A DNA stretch of 64,000 nt from Camelus ferus (taxonomy: Eukaryota). Of this stretch, positions 51,050-63,260 are shown piece by piece (position 1 is the stretch's first letter; each line of letters opens with the position of its first letter). Position numbers and translations under genes: made by a program. The stretch lies in NCBI RefSeq assembly GCF_009834535.1, contig NC_045696.1, forward strand, positions 35,280,001 to 35,344,000. The letters are read 5' to 3'. Under the pieces are notes generated by a model. The model was given only the letters and a program-made list of their open reading frames with translations, was not told the DNA's origin and made no database searches.

Positions 51050-51460
51050 TAAAGGTTTAGGAAATAGAATATATGAAAAATGGTTGTACAAAAAAGAGTT
51101 AATTTTGCTTTTGGAAGACATGAATGAAAGGTACTACAACCCTTTCAGCAGTATCAAGGGCAATCACAGACAACACTTGTCCAGGTGTTCTTCATCTCCT
51201 TTGAGGCCAGAATGAGAGGAAACAGATGAAGTTGGATTATTTACTTCGAAATAAGAAATTCTGAGATGGAAGATCAACAACCATTGCAACTGTTGGTGTT
51301 GGGGGGTGGTGTTTTAAATGATTTAAAATAATCTTGTAACTATATTACAATAAGGCTTTCAAATTGGAACTCCTCTGTCTCAGTTGGTTTAGATAAGTTC
51401 CTGAATGAGGGGGAAAGTGTAAGTGGGCTTCTGGAAGGCATTCTACCTATCATTCCATGA
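51050..51460 (+). mobile_element. L3/CR1 LINE 3' fragment
   Basis: tgttcttcatctcctttgaggccagaatgagaggaaac ... ataagaaattctga ... cattccatgact resembles the CR1/L3 3' end. Confidence 0.55.
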
Positions 51461-52294
51461 CTTAAAAATCCAAGTGAATATTTTCATTTCCTCAGATAGT
51501 TTCAACTGTCTGATGAGATGTCTTTAGGGAGTATTCCCAGAATTAAACATAAATTTTTTTCCCATGAGCTTCTTCTTTTACTCTTCTTCTCATTCATTCC
51601 CAATTATTTTCTTTCTCATGATAGTGGAAGTTAAAAAGGGTGGGACATGCAGAGAATGTTTTAGATGTAGTCCCTCCTGCCTGAGTTAAAAAGCAGCATT
51701 TGGAAAAGTTTATGTTGCAATTTTCTGAGATCTTAAATAGAAGCCCTATTGAGATTAGATTTCTAAGAAAAAATCAATAGCAACAGAAATACTAAAAATT
51801 AGTCTAATGAATTAAAATGCTACTTTAATTATAATGAGGAATTATAAATTGCTCATTTCAAAAAGCAATTCAACTTGATTGACTTAAGAAATGCCAAACT
51901 GTATTCCTTAATTGCTGTATTCTATAGGGGTACAATTTAATGTAAGGTACAAAGAAAAGATGGTATCAAAAGTACATGATGTCTAAAAGGCATCTTGGAT
52001 ATGAGATAGGTAATAGAAATAACTTTATGTTCTGAAATAAAACCTATATTGTATTTAAAAGATAATTAACTTTCCATTGACAGAATATCTTACAACTTAT
52101 ATTTTTAAAATTTAATTTTATCCCAAAATACTTTTCAGTAGTCCTTTTTTTCCTGTCAGTAAGGATGACAGAGAAGATGATTACTCTTGATAGAAAAGGC
52201 TAACTTAAGAAAAAATCTATACACTTTACATTCTAGCTTCTCCAGAGTGATAAACAAAAGGACATTTAAAAATTAAGTAAAAATAATGCTTTGT

Positions 52295-52775
52295 ATCAAG
52301 AGTCATTTCCCTCTACCTACCCTGTCTTATTTTATAAACTCAGTCATTATGTTGTTTGGGAAATCAATGTGCCCAAACTTGTGTGTTTCTCTTTGCCATA
52401 TGTTTGTTTTCACAGATTCCTTGCAGCCAGGAGTGGCCATGTGACAAACTTTTGGCCAATAAGACACAAAGAGAAGCATGCAGAGAGTTTCTCAAAAATT
52501 AGCATTGCCTCCTTCTTGTTCTTTGTACTTTAAACATGGACATGGTACCTGGAAAAGGCCATCTTTTGACCATGAGGCAAAAATGCGTAAGTACAAAAGC
52601 TCTGCATAGCACATTATAAAAAAGAGACTTGATAATGATGTGAAGCTGTGACCTAACCCTTAGACTGCTTATCTCTGGATTCCTTTCCTAGAAAAATGAT
52701 AAATGTTCTCATGACTTAAGTCACTTCTGCACATAAGTTCAGTTACTTGTAGCTAAATCTATTTCCTAGTGGTGT
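52295..52775 (+). mobile_element. MaLR solo LTR (MLT1I/J-like)
   Basis: cagattccttgcagccaggagtggccatgtgac ... tggccaataaga ... gccatcttttgaccatgagg ... gttacttgtagctaaa. Confidence 0.75.
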
Positions 52776-54620
52776 ATTCCCAAAAGAGTTTTCAAAGTAC
52801 ATATTTCAGTCAAGAAGAGGATGTGTGACTCACATGTCAACCTATGAATAATCTTAAATCAGGAAAGCATGTGCCATTTTTTTTTACCTTTCAAAAGTTA
52901 TTTCATAATTTCTTGATTATAAGAAGCATTTTCAAAAATGAGACCATATTCTATTCCTCTCTAATTTTACCAAGTACATTTTATATTTCTGAGATGTTTA
53001 TTTTCATAATTGCAAGCATCTGTATGTATATGTAGCAATTACTTTATTACATAAAAATTTACCAAAAGGCCGATAAGTAAAACATGTTTGAGCATATATC
53101 CTTCAACAGATAACACTTCTGGATAAAAAAAAAATATTATTTGTAATTATTCTGATTGCTGAAAATGTTACTGAGTTTTTTAAAACAATTATTATCCTTG
53201 TCAACAACTATAAATTTCATTCACACTGAAAAGAAAAATGTCCTATCAAAAATATATAAAAAAATTTCTACTCAAAAGTAAACAATATATTCAAAGTATT
53301 TCAGTATGTCCTGTAATAAATGCTGAAACAATGTGGAGTATTTGCATTTGTTACCCATCCCCCCACATATATATAGCCAATGCAAATATTTTCACATTTA
53401 TATATAAATATTTGCATATATTTATATTTGTTTCCAATGTACACTGGACAACACTTGACTTTACATATTTAAGTGATTTTAGGCACAATAGACTTGATTT
53501 CATTTTTAGAATTTGGAAAGGAAATTCTTTAATACTATAGTGACTTTGAAGATTTAGGAATAAATATTTAGGATTTATCAAAATTGTAATTCAACGTATT
53601 CTGAATTTAGGCTTTCTAAATAAATGCTTTGGATTGTAGTTAATGAAAAGAGTTAATGACATTTCAGTTGTTTATTACTTTTGAAATCTGTTTGGAAACA
53701 CTTTAAATAAGTTATAAATTTAAATTAAGTAAATTTATGATGGGCCTTCAAATTTTTCATAATTTTTATTCTTGTTACTTTTGTGAATTTATCTGAATGT
53801 GACACTGACATTTATTTTAAACTTTTATAATGCAAATAAACTGGATTCCAATAAAGTTATAAGAACTATGGAGTGCAGCAACTTAATATATTTTAATACA
53901 AATATTGTAATATTCCAACCCCAACTATTCATTATTTGGGTAAGTGGAGCAAAAGAAATAAGTTAAACATAATCATCTCTTTGGTTTTCACAGACCACTT
54001 TCTTTTTTTTTAAACAATGGTTGAACAATGTGATAAGTCAACAAAAGAGAAAATAAAGCAAAATTGTTTATTCAACAGATAATTACATAAAATTTAAATA
54101 TCATAATTATATACGTTTTTAATAAATATACATTATCTCTGTAATGAATAAATTATTTTTTCAAAAGGATTAAGAAAAGTATTGCCCAAAATAATAAATT
54201 CTGGGAAACAGAGAAAAAATAGATTTGTAAATTACAATGTATAAACCTGATTTTCCCCTGTGAAATAATCTGCGAAAAAATTCTTTTTTATAAATTCTAT
54301 TATGTTTTACACATTTATTTCATACATGTTATTTTTTGGCGACTAACTTGGTTATCTTCAATACGAACACATTGAAAAATTCCAAAGTTTCAATGGTAAA
54401 TATCTCATATGGTACAATAAGGTATTGACAGATTTTCATTTACTTCTTCTGAATTTAAGCCCTTACTTTAGTTAAACCATGTACAATATGATATACAATA
54501 AACATAATTATTAATGATTTTTACTTTTAGCTCCAAGATCTGAATGAAGCAGACAATTTCTAAGTCTTCAATACTCTCTCATATTCTTATGATGGGGCGA
54601 CTGGGAAAGTTCTTGCTTAC

Positions 54621-54647
54621 ACCAAACCAGGTAATCTGTACATAGAT
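54621..54647 (-). other. Candidate 27-nt microexon
   Basis: tttctgattgttcttgaaag|ATCTATGTACAGATTACCTGGTTTGGT|gtaagc; good donor, moderate acceptor. Confidence 0.35.
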
Positions 54648-56436
54648 CTTTCAAGAACAATCAGAAATTGAATGAGATGAAAATTAGTTTTCATTTGAAA
54701 TTGATAGGAATCAGTATGCACTTAAAACAAGCTCTTAATCATTTTCATTATGGAAGAACACAAACTTCATTATCAAATGAACAGAGGGGGAAGCTAGGCC
54801 TTCATGATAGGGAGTTACATGGCAGTGCCTCTTAGAATTCTTTTCTTCTCAAAAAAAACCCTCACTCATGGAACAAAGAAGGCACTGCCTTTCCTCTCAT
54901 CTCTCCCCTTGTCCCTACTGTTTTTAATAATGTACATCTGACATGCTAACAATCAAGCACATGTTCTTTCATTGTTGTCTGATCTCAGCTGTCTCATAAT
55001 GGCTTAAGAGGAATGATGAGTGGAATCACACATCAAGGGTCCCCTTTGTTGACAGTATAACCAGGGGTGTACTTCCAATTTGCAGTTTGGTGCTGCAGCT
55101 TTAGAAGTGCCACATTTGTTTGATAATCTACTTGGTGCTGTGCCATTCATCTACCAAACTCAGGGGTCAAACACTCCGACAATGTGAGAATGAGGAATCA
55201 AAGAAATGGATGTTACAGAAGTTTGTGAAAAATAAAAGAAACAGTTTGTTTCTCGGGTTTTTTTTTTTTTTTTAATCTCCAGACATAAAATAATAAAATA
55301 GCATTCTGAGAAAATCTAAGTATTCCATATGATACGCATACACATTTTATACCATCTATAGATTTGGCCTAAAAAATGTTTCATGTTTTCCATAATGAAT
55401 GAAGAATCAATCTGTTTTATATTTTACCATTTGGAATTAATCTAAGACAAATTATTTTTCAGATTACTCTTATAATTTTTCTGCATTTCAAACTCTTCTC
55501 TTGGGGAAAAACACATCTTTTCAATAGTTTAAACTTTTTTCTACTAGTAACATGTGTTACTTGAGTAGTAACGAAAAATTGTGTTCCAAATATAAACTGC
55601 AAAATTTGATAAAGACCTTCAAAAAAGAAGTCAATGATTATAAAAAGTAGAAAAGGCTTATGTCACAGTATTAACTTTTCCCTACCAATAGTAATATGTT
55701 GTTTTCATAAAGTTCTTTTCCTGAAAGAAATCCCACTCTCCTATTAACCAAAATGTGTTACATTCATAATATTTTTTTCATCTTACATAAATTGATAGTG
55801 ATTGAAATCAAGCCTTTTCTGATGTTGAGGCCATATTCACAGTTAAGACACTTAAATTCATCTACAAAACATTTGTCTTTTTAGGATATATATCCCATAT
55901 ATATTTAATTTGTTATTTTCTCCTGTATTTTCTTTTAAGAATTTTTAAAAAGAGATTAAACTACATACATATGACCTATATATCCTTTCAACATTAATAA
56001 TTATCATACCTCAGAATATTGTACAAGTGAATACTCTAGATAAATTTACTTTTTATTCAAATATCCCTTCTATTAAAATTGATTTTAATTTTAATTTAAA
56101 ATGGCACGAAAAGTATTAGTAATATTTTAGTTGATACTCAAACTGGCAAAATACTATATAATATAGACATATTTAAGATAAGATTCTGTGCACATAGGGT
56201 TACTTGAACTTAGTATGTGGCTTTTATTTTTGTTAATGATTGTCCTTTACGGAGCTAGTATACGTAATAAGAAAAACTCAATTATGTATCAGTTTAGTAA
56301 ATACCATTTAAATTAATGTTTGAAGAGAACAGGTGAATAAAATGACTAAAAATCTGTGAAACAAATGATTAGCCATAAGTACAGAGAGGTTTTAAATTAG
56401 TAAGTCTGCTATGCAATAATTTATGCTGAGTCTAGA

Positions 56437-56510
56437 AACTTGTCTTACGTGAGAACTTGGTTATGTGAGAACTTGGTAACAAAAGTAACTTGGTAACAAA
56501 AGTAACTTGT
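56437..56510. repeat. Compound short tandem duplication (2x16 bp plus 2x17 bp)
   Basis: ttacgtgagaacttgg / ttatgtgagaacttgg / taacaaaagtaacttgg / taacaaaagtaacttgt. Confidence 0.9.
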
Positions 56511-57958
56511 TAATGAAATCCTATTATTTTATTCAAAGCCTAAACACTTAAAAAGACTTTTGTACCCATTTCTCATGGGAAAATCTACCATCCTTAAAGC
56601 TCCTGCAATAAGTAATCCATTTTAATTCTTTGCTTTCTCATATGCATTTTTAAGGTAGACAAATACTGTAATGCATTTCCTCTGAAAATAACTTCCTAAA
56701 CCAAAGTGTACATTCTTGCCTTCAAACGGTTTATAGAATTTGTGCAACCATTGTAGTTATATAAAAAAAATTTAAGTACAAAAATAGGTTGTAGAAAACC
56801 ATGAGTTTTGAGAATAAACTTCTAAAAGAACCTATAATATAAAATGATTTGAGCAAAAGGTTCTCCTGAAGCCTTGATGTGATTTCATTTTTCTTGCAAT
56901 AGCAAATTTAACTGCACTGTATCATGACACAAAGGAGAGTTTTTGTCAGGGAAGAAAAGTAAAGATTATGTTATTTCTCTGGGTAAGGGAGAAGGACAAC
57001 ATTATCATCGCCAGGGCAGCTTCCAAGTACAAGCCAAGTACAAATGTGGCAGTTTACCCCCGAAACGAACACTTCTTTCACCTGAATAGCTAGATACTGT
57101 GTTTCTAGGTTTCCAACAATGTCTGGCAGTAGACTATGGCTTAACTTGAATTTTATAATGTCTTTTGTGCTAAAGATGTCTCCAAATCTTAACAGGGTTC
57201 AATTTTATCTTACAATATCCTATTAATTAAATGAAACATTTTACTGAAATGCATAGTTGAATTTTTATAAAGGGATGTATAATGCTTTCTCTACCATTAC
57301 TGTGATAATGGTAATAATAATTATTTTTACTTGGTATAAAAAGTAAAACTTGAAAAAAGTTTATAATAAGTATTACTCCCAAAGACATCTCTTTATAGTG
57401 AAATTAAAATTGTATCATCTTAAAAAAATTATATCATCTTTAATTCATTTTGCACACCAAAAAGTTAAGGCAGACTTGCCAATATTCTTTTAGAGTTTAG
57501 TCATTTTCTTTTCCTAAACATACATATTTTGAAGACACTAGTTGCCATATAACTGTTTATCAACTTTCCTTTAAAATATTTTTCGTAAGAGAATAATCAT
57601 TCATCTTGTAACAGAGACAGTGAAGTTTAAGCGTGATGTAACATGAAAGAGTAAATAGGAAATACCAAGCAGAATTAATATAATACTAAATATTATAAAA
57701 CCAAAACGCACCAGGGGAGCAAATTTACTCTTATTAAAATATGAATGCAAAAAGAAAATTAGCTTTTTCACTTTCACTTTTCCTAAGACGAAACTCCACT
57801 AAACAAGTGAGACAGCTTAGTAACGGAAAACAAATATTCCAGTATTTCCTCATTTAAAGGTCTCTTTCTGGTTTAAACATTGAACCTGTCACAAGCAAAG
57901 CCCATTAACAATTCCCAGGAAATAAAAATAGAATCTGAGTAGTAAAAGAAAGTCTAAC

Positions 57959-58165
57959 CTTTGTCTTTTCCATTGTGCTTCCTCTAGTTTCTCTTGCTCA
58001 TAGGATGCCAAGTGCAGAGGCCTGTCACTCAGCCCTTCAGACCAGAGACCCTCAAGTGAAAGCAATGCGCTGACATTTCTGAGCCAGGACCGAGGGCAGA
58101 CGCACCACACACAGCGCCTCAACTCAAGATGGCGGCAGTGGCGGCGGCAGCAGCGGGCTGTGCAT
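57959..58165 (-). other. Candidate first exon (5' end approximate)
   Basis: Runs from the GCC-rich/YY1 segment to donor ACAAAG|GTTAGA (GT at 57958-57957); T-rich intron-like sequence follows. Contains short ATG ORFs (MSAHCFHLRVSGLKG*, MSKRN*, MEKTK...). Confidence 0.6.
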
Positions 58166-58320
58166 AGAAACCACTGCGCCTGCCTGGCACTGAGATCTGG
58201 TGCTTCGCCAGTCCTCGCGAGAACTCCATCCCCTCTCCGCTGACGAGATTCCCTACACAGCCCCGCCCCTGGCCTGTTAGGGAGAATCTGTGCTCTAGAG
58301 CATGCGCACAATCTCTCCAT
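58080..58320 (-). promoter_or_regulatory. Small CpG-rich promoter / TSS region
   Basis: Only clear CpG cluster in the window. YY1 CAAGATGGCGGC 58125-58136; BANP/ZBTB33-like CCTCGCGAGA 58213-58222; half-CRE TGACG 58241-58245; GC box GCCCCGCCCC 58260-58269; NRF1-like GCATGCGCA 58300-58308. Confidence 0.8.
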
Positions 58321-59308
58321 TCTCTGAGCAAAGAGTAAAGAGTTCCTTTTCTTCTGAGCCAAACTGAGTCTGGTTCTGTTGGCTCCAAGGACACCAGGCA
58401 GAAGGACCTCTGCTGGGGCCCGACTCAAGAAGGTTGGTAACAAACTTACTCAAAGTTTCTTTTCCACAGAGTTGATTTTGCTAACTCTCGTTCTTCAGAT
58501 AAATGCTTTTTCAGATTTTATCCTCTTTCCTTTCCTGACCCCCAGGATGGTTGCAGGTGTCTTTGGGTATAGTGTGTTCAGCGAAAAAAGCAGCAAGGGT
58601 TCTTCAATGAAGAATCCTCTGGATCTTCCTCGTCTTCCCTTTGGAGTGGCTGCAGAAACTTAGTCAATTTGATTGAGTGAGAATCTTTCCTTCATATTAC
58701 ATCCAACTGTTAACCTAAGGCAGCAAGGCTCGTAGCCAAGCCATCATAGATGAAGTGGTTTCTTCTCTACTTTGTGGAAGAAACCCTTTAATCTGATTCT
58801 TCTGGATTTATTTCTTAATATGTCAGAGAAAGCTAAAAAATTCTGTTTTCTCAAAACCTGACTTTGCAAAATTATATGTTGAATGCCATCTGGGGAATAC
58901 TATTTATCCTTTGTTTTACATACCTTGGCAACAACCTTAATCATCCTTTATCAAATCTACTATGTGATTATTAAGAAACAAAGTGATACTGATAAAAGGT
59001 ACAGAAGGAAAATGATACATTTAATATGTTTTTAAAACACCTTTTTGAAGTGAAGATAATGTGGCTTTAAAAATAATTTTAAAATCTGAATATTAATAGT
59101 ATTTCCCTTAATTAGCTAATTAATGTCCTTACCCAATAAACATTGTGTTTTCATATATTCTAAATAGTATTCTATATCCTGGAAATACATCATTAAACAC
59201 AATACACAAAATTCCTGCCCTATTTGAGCTATTTTCCTGTGAACAGCATAGTTTTAATTTTATTTTCCCCCCTAGCTTTCAGTACCTATATGCTATATGC
59301 TGATAAAT

Positions 59309-59800
59309 GCTATCAGTGAGAGTGTAATCCAGAAAACAGAAACCACTGTAAGGATTTAAAAAAAGAGGACTTTAATAGAGTCAATTGTTACATAGGTGAT
59401 AAAGGAGCTAAGAAGGAAAAGGGGGAGTGATGAGGTAACCAACATGCTACCAACAGCTACACTCTTAGATTAGAGGATCAAAGAATGGAGATAGTTACCA
59501 GATATCAGATGCAAGGACTGACCATATGGAAGCTAGAATCACAGCCAAACTGTGGGGTGGGGGCTGGAGCCACAAAGGGTATTCAACCAGCACTAGAGAT
59601 ATTATTCAAGGCAAAAGGACAGGGAAAGAAATACACTTGATTCTCCAATCTGTCATTTTCCAGTCTCTCACCAGGGTCTGCCATCAGCCAAAACCCAATG
59701 TGAGACATAGCCAGCAGTGATTAGCCCGCTTGTGATGCAGAGCAGAACAGGGGAAGCATGAGGAGTGTGTCTGAAAAAAAGCGGGACAAGCCCGGCACAA
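59309..59800 (-). mobile_element. Ancient ERVL solo LTR (LTR33/41/67-type; family uncertain)
   Basis: tatcagtgagagtgtaatccagaaaacagaaaccact ... tttaatagagtcaattgttacataggtgat. Confidence 0.6.
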
Positions 59801-59804
59801 CTAC

Positions 59805-60248
59805 CAAACTTAAATCTCCTGTCATTATTTTCCTCCTGAACTTCAACTCATGTGTTCAGATGCCTTTGTGAGATTTCTCTTGGATACATAAAAGGCACTT
59901 ATACTGAATGTGAAATATATCAGACTTTGATTAGGGGCACAAACACGCACACAGTGAAACACACCAACAAAGCTAAACTAACTTATACGTGACCACTCAT
60001 ATTGCCCTGGAACACTGAAAACTATGTATTATGAAGACAGTTGCTCAAGCATTGAGTTAGGGTTGGGTCATTCATTCTTCTCTTGTCTTTACTTCCCTTC
60101 TCCTGACCCTGTTCATTTGATATGTAAGTCTTATCTCTGAAACATTCTTGGTCCGACCATCTACAACTCTTCATTTCCACAACAAATACTCTAACCTAAA
60201 CCACCATTACATTTACCTTGGATTTTTGCAATATCTCCTAACTGCCCC
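59805..60248 (+). mobile_element. L2 LINE, 5' part (interrupted)
   Basis: tcctgaacttcaactcatgtgttcagatgcct ... tctcttggat ... caccattacatttaccttggatttttgcaatatctcctaactg. Confidence 0.65.
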
Positions 60249-60250
60249 AA

Positions 60251-60645
60251 CGTGGTAGATTGTATTTTTCAAAAATGTCCATATCAAAATCTCTCACCTT
60301 ACCTAATTTTCTTCCACATTATCTTGTCACATCCCTATCAAAAGGTAAGATCAATTTCTCTATCCACTTGAATGTGTAAGGGACTGTGACTGGTTTGATC
60401 GATAGAATAGAATAGATCTGACAGTGACTCAGCACCAAAGCTTCAGTTTCCTGCCTCTTGAAGCCAAGAACCACATACAAAATGTAACTACCAGAAATTG
60501 CCATGCTGTGAGATGCCCAAGCCAAGTGGCAGGATCCTGGAGGATGAGATCATCTGTAAAAAGAAAGAGGCCAAGAAGCACTTCTAGTGCCAGGCATATG
60601 TATGAAGAAGCTATCTTAGAAGTGCATCACCAAATCTCCAGTTGC
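60251..60645 (+). mobile_element. MaLR LTR (MLT1H-like), 3' end missing
   Basis: gtggtagattgtatttttcaaaaatg ... gccatgctgtgagatgcccaagcca ... tatgaagaagctatcttagaagtg. Confidence 0.75.
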
Positions 60646-60649
60646 CTAA

Positions 60650-61237
60650 ATGATTTCCTCAAAATGCTAAGTATAGAATTATCATAGAACTCAGCATTCC
60701 CACTTCCAGATATCTACCCAAGAGACATGAAAATATATGTTCACACAAAAACTTGTACATGAATGTTCATAGGAGCATCATTCATAACAGGCAAAAAGTA
60801 GTGATAACCCAAATGTTCATGAACTGAAGAATGGATAAACAAAATGTGGTATATCCATATATACACAATGGAATGTTATTTGGCAATAGAAAGGAATGAA
60901 GTACTGATCATGCTACAACATGGATGAACCTTGAAAATATGCTAAATGAAAGAAGTCAGTCACAAAAGTTGGCATACTATGTGACCTTATAGAGAGACAG
61001 AAAGTAGATTAATAGTTGAACAAGGCTGGGAAGGGTGTGTGTTGGTGGAGGGGGATGGGTGGGTGGTGAGTAAAGAGGAGGGGTAAGTGTTGATCAGTTT
61101 ATGGTTTCATTTTTGAGATGATGAAAATGTTCTAAAATTAGATCAAAGTTTTATAAGTAAAAACCATTAAAGTATAACTTTAAATGAGGGAACTATATGA
61201 TATGTAAATTATTTCTCAGTAAAGCTGTTAAAAAAAA
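60650..61237 (+). mobile_element. L1 3' end (L1MB-type)
   Basis: tacccaagagacatgaaaatatatgttcacacaaaaacttgtac ... atgctacaacatggatgaaccttgaaa ... tcagtaaagctgttaaaaaaaaa. Confidence 0.9.
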
Positions 61238-61239
61238 AC

Positions 61240-61830
61240 TGTATAATCAGATCATGTCAATCCTTTATTAAAACCTTTCTTTGACTTCACATCCTCCCAG
61301 AATAAAGTACCAACTCTTATCCTAGACCTCTAACTCTATGAATAAATCCCTGCAAGGTCACAACCTGGTCTTCCATTCTGATCTTGCCTCTTGCAATTCT
61401 CCCAAATGTCTACTGTGTTTCTAGCTGTGCTGACTTTTTTTCAGTGCTTCCAGAGTCTGAATTTGTTCTCTTCCTATGGTGCTCATACCATAACTACACC
61501 TATACCTAGAAAACTCTCCCCCCAGGTCTCCACATGTTTACATCCTTCTTGCCCTCTGGGTCTCAACTTAATATTAACTTCTTAAGGCAGATTCACTGAA
61601 TCAAAATAGTCTGCTAGTCACTCTTTAACACAATATTGTTTTGTCTTCATGGCCCTTTGCACACTATAAAATATTGTTGAGTTGGTTTCACTTATTTACT
61701 CGTGATGTCTTTTTCTCCCACGAGAATTTGAGCTCTGTGAGAGTTGAAATCTAATCTTCTGATCATCACATTGCAGGACAGGGAAGAGTGCACAGAATAG
61801 ATACTTGCTAAATATTTGTTCACTGAGGGA
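61240..61830 (+). mobile_element. L2 LINE, 3' part (continuation of 59805-60248)
   Basis: tcagatcatgtcaatcct ... cagaataaagtaccaactc ... gagctctgtgagag ... cacagaatagatacttgctaaatatttgtt. Confidence 0.7.
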
Positions 61831-62267
61831 TTCTTTACATTTAATTATCTTCTTATATTTACCATAATGGAGCAAGTGATAGCTTTTCAAAACAGCTATA
61901 TGTCTCATTGTCTGTAACCTTCATTCTCACCTTTCTCTGCTCATTGCTAGAGAAAGCTCAGGTTGCCTTTGGAACAGACCAGCACTGCCCAGAATGATGC
62001 TTCACCCTGTTCTTACCTGCCTGTATCACAGATCTTCCCATTGCTACAGTAACAATGGAAATGCCTTACAAACTATTTCATAAGTATTTACACTTTATAT
62101 TTTTACTATTTGTGGTATAAATTGGTGAAGATCAGGCATACAGCAGGGAATCAGGAAAACTAACTTGCCTAGATTTTGTTCTCAAAGGGACTGAGTCACT
62201 TATCTGAGTGTATAAAATATTGAACATTTTCTAGACCACTTCTGAAATATCTTTTTGTTCCAACATC

Positions 62268-62313
62268 AAAAAAAAAAAAAAAAAGAAGAAGAAGAAGAAG
62301 AAAAAGAAAAAGA
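62268..62313. repeat. Poly(A) / (GAA)n purine tract
   Basis: A-run followed by GAA repeats and gaaaaa units. Confidence 0.9.
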
Positions 62314-62794
62314 ATTAGGCTATAGGATCAAGGCAGATATCCTAACAATATTAAGAAGTTCTAGGTTCATCCCTTCATGGTTGTGCCCGATTTAATCTGC
62401 TTCCCTGATTTGCTGGAATGATTTTCTACTTCGAGCTGCCTCACAGTCTCATGGCACTCTCTTGCCAGCCTCACCTAGCCCACTCCTACACCTGATGCTG
62501 GGCGGCATTTTGTCATCCCATCTTCTCCATTTACATCCTGTCCTGGGGCTGCCCGTCAGCAACAAAAGCATAGCTCAGTCAGCACCAGCTAACCAGGCTG
62601 GGCCCAAGGGGATGTACACTGCAGGTGGATGAGTGAAGACTGTCACCCCGTGATCATCCCATGAGACCTTGCACATTCCTTACATGGCGCTAGATTTGTC
62701 TGCAGTTATTGATTCACTTGAGACATTGGAGTTGGGACGATGAATTGCTTTACATATTGCTATTTTGAAGACAGTGTCTGGAATGAAAACGTGA

Positions 62795-63043
62795 TAAGAA
62801 TAATACCTAAATTTATTGAGTGTTTATTGTCATCAGGTATCATTAAATGCTTTTTACTTTAACAACAAAAAGGTTTGAAGATAAAGTTGTGACGATAACT
62901 ACCTATGAAGAAGGTACTACTTGTATCCCCATATTACTGATGAGAAAACGAATAAGTCTCAGAGAGAATAAGTCATTTTCCTTATGGCACATAATTCATA
63001 AGAGAAAAGATGAGATTTCAACCCAGAGAATCTGGCTCCAGGT
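62795..63043 (-). mobile_element. MIR SINE
   Basis: atttattgagtgttta ... atccccatattactgatgagaaaac ... gatttcaacccagagaatctggctccag. Confidence 0.8.
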
Positions 63044-63129
63044 TTATTAAAGACTAAAGACTGTTTATGTGGCATTCAGTAGGAGTTTACCAATTATAAA
63101 ATGAATTAGTAAGTTCTTAGGACCAAATG

Positions 63130-63260
63130 GTACAAGGTGGTTAAAACTGTGACTGTAATACAGATGGACTTTGACTTTCCAAATTAATAGCTTTATGTGT
63201 CTGAGTAAATTCTCTCAACTTTGTCTCTTTGCCTTCATGGCTAATACATGAAAAATATAG
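63130..63260 (+). mobile_element. MIR SINE fragment
   Basis: gtggttaaaactgtgactgtaatacaga ... tgtgtctgagtaaattctctcaac. Confidence 0.5.

Larger units (their letters stand above)
1783..58165 (-). ncRNA. Putative spliced long non-coding / 5'-leader transcript (possible microRNA host gene); probably continues left of the window
   Basis: Promoter motif cluster at 58.1-58.3 kb, donor AAG|GTTAGA at 57958, and several minus-strand AG...GT-bounded segments in repeat-free DNA. No long spliced ORF. Exon connectivity is inferred, not observed. Confidence 0.55.

Noticed and set aside
54531..54630. Plus-strand exon-like segment (ttttag| ... CAG|gtaatc) overlapping the 27-nt candidate
   Set aside because: Stops in all three frames and no partner plus-strand exons or promoter found; an antisense non-coding exon cannot be excluded but is unsupported.
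56437..56510. CRISPR-like regular spacing of AACTTG
   Set aside because: The repeat is only 6-7 bp, the spacers are themselves duplicated, there are no cas genes, and the context is mammalian.
57889..58443. 184-aa minus-strand ORF (longest in the track)
   Set aside because: Starts at a non-ATG codon upstream of the inferred TSS, crosses the promoter motifs and reads through the splice donor; GC-rich promoters often lack stops; no recognisable domain.
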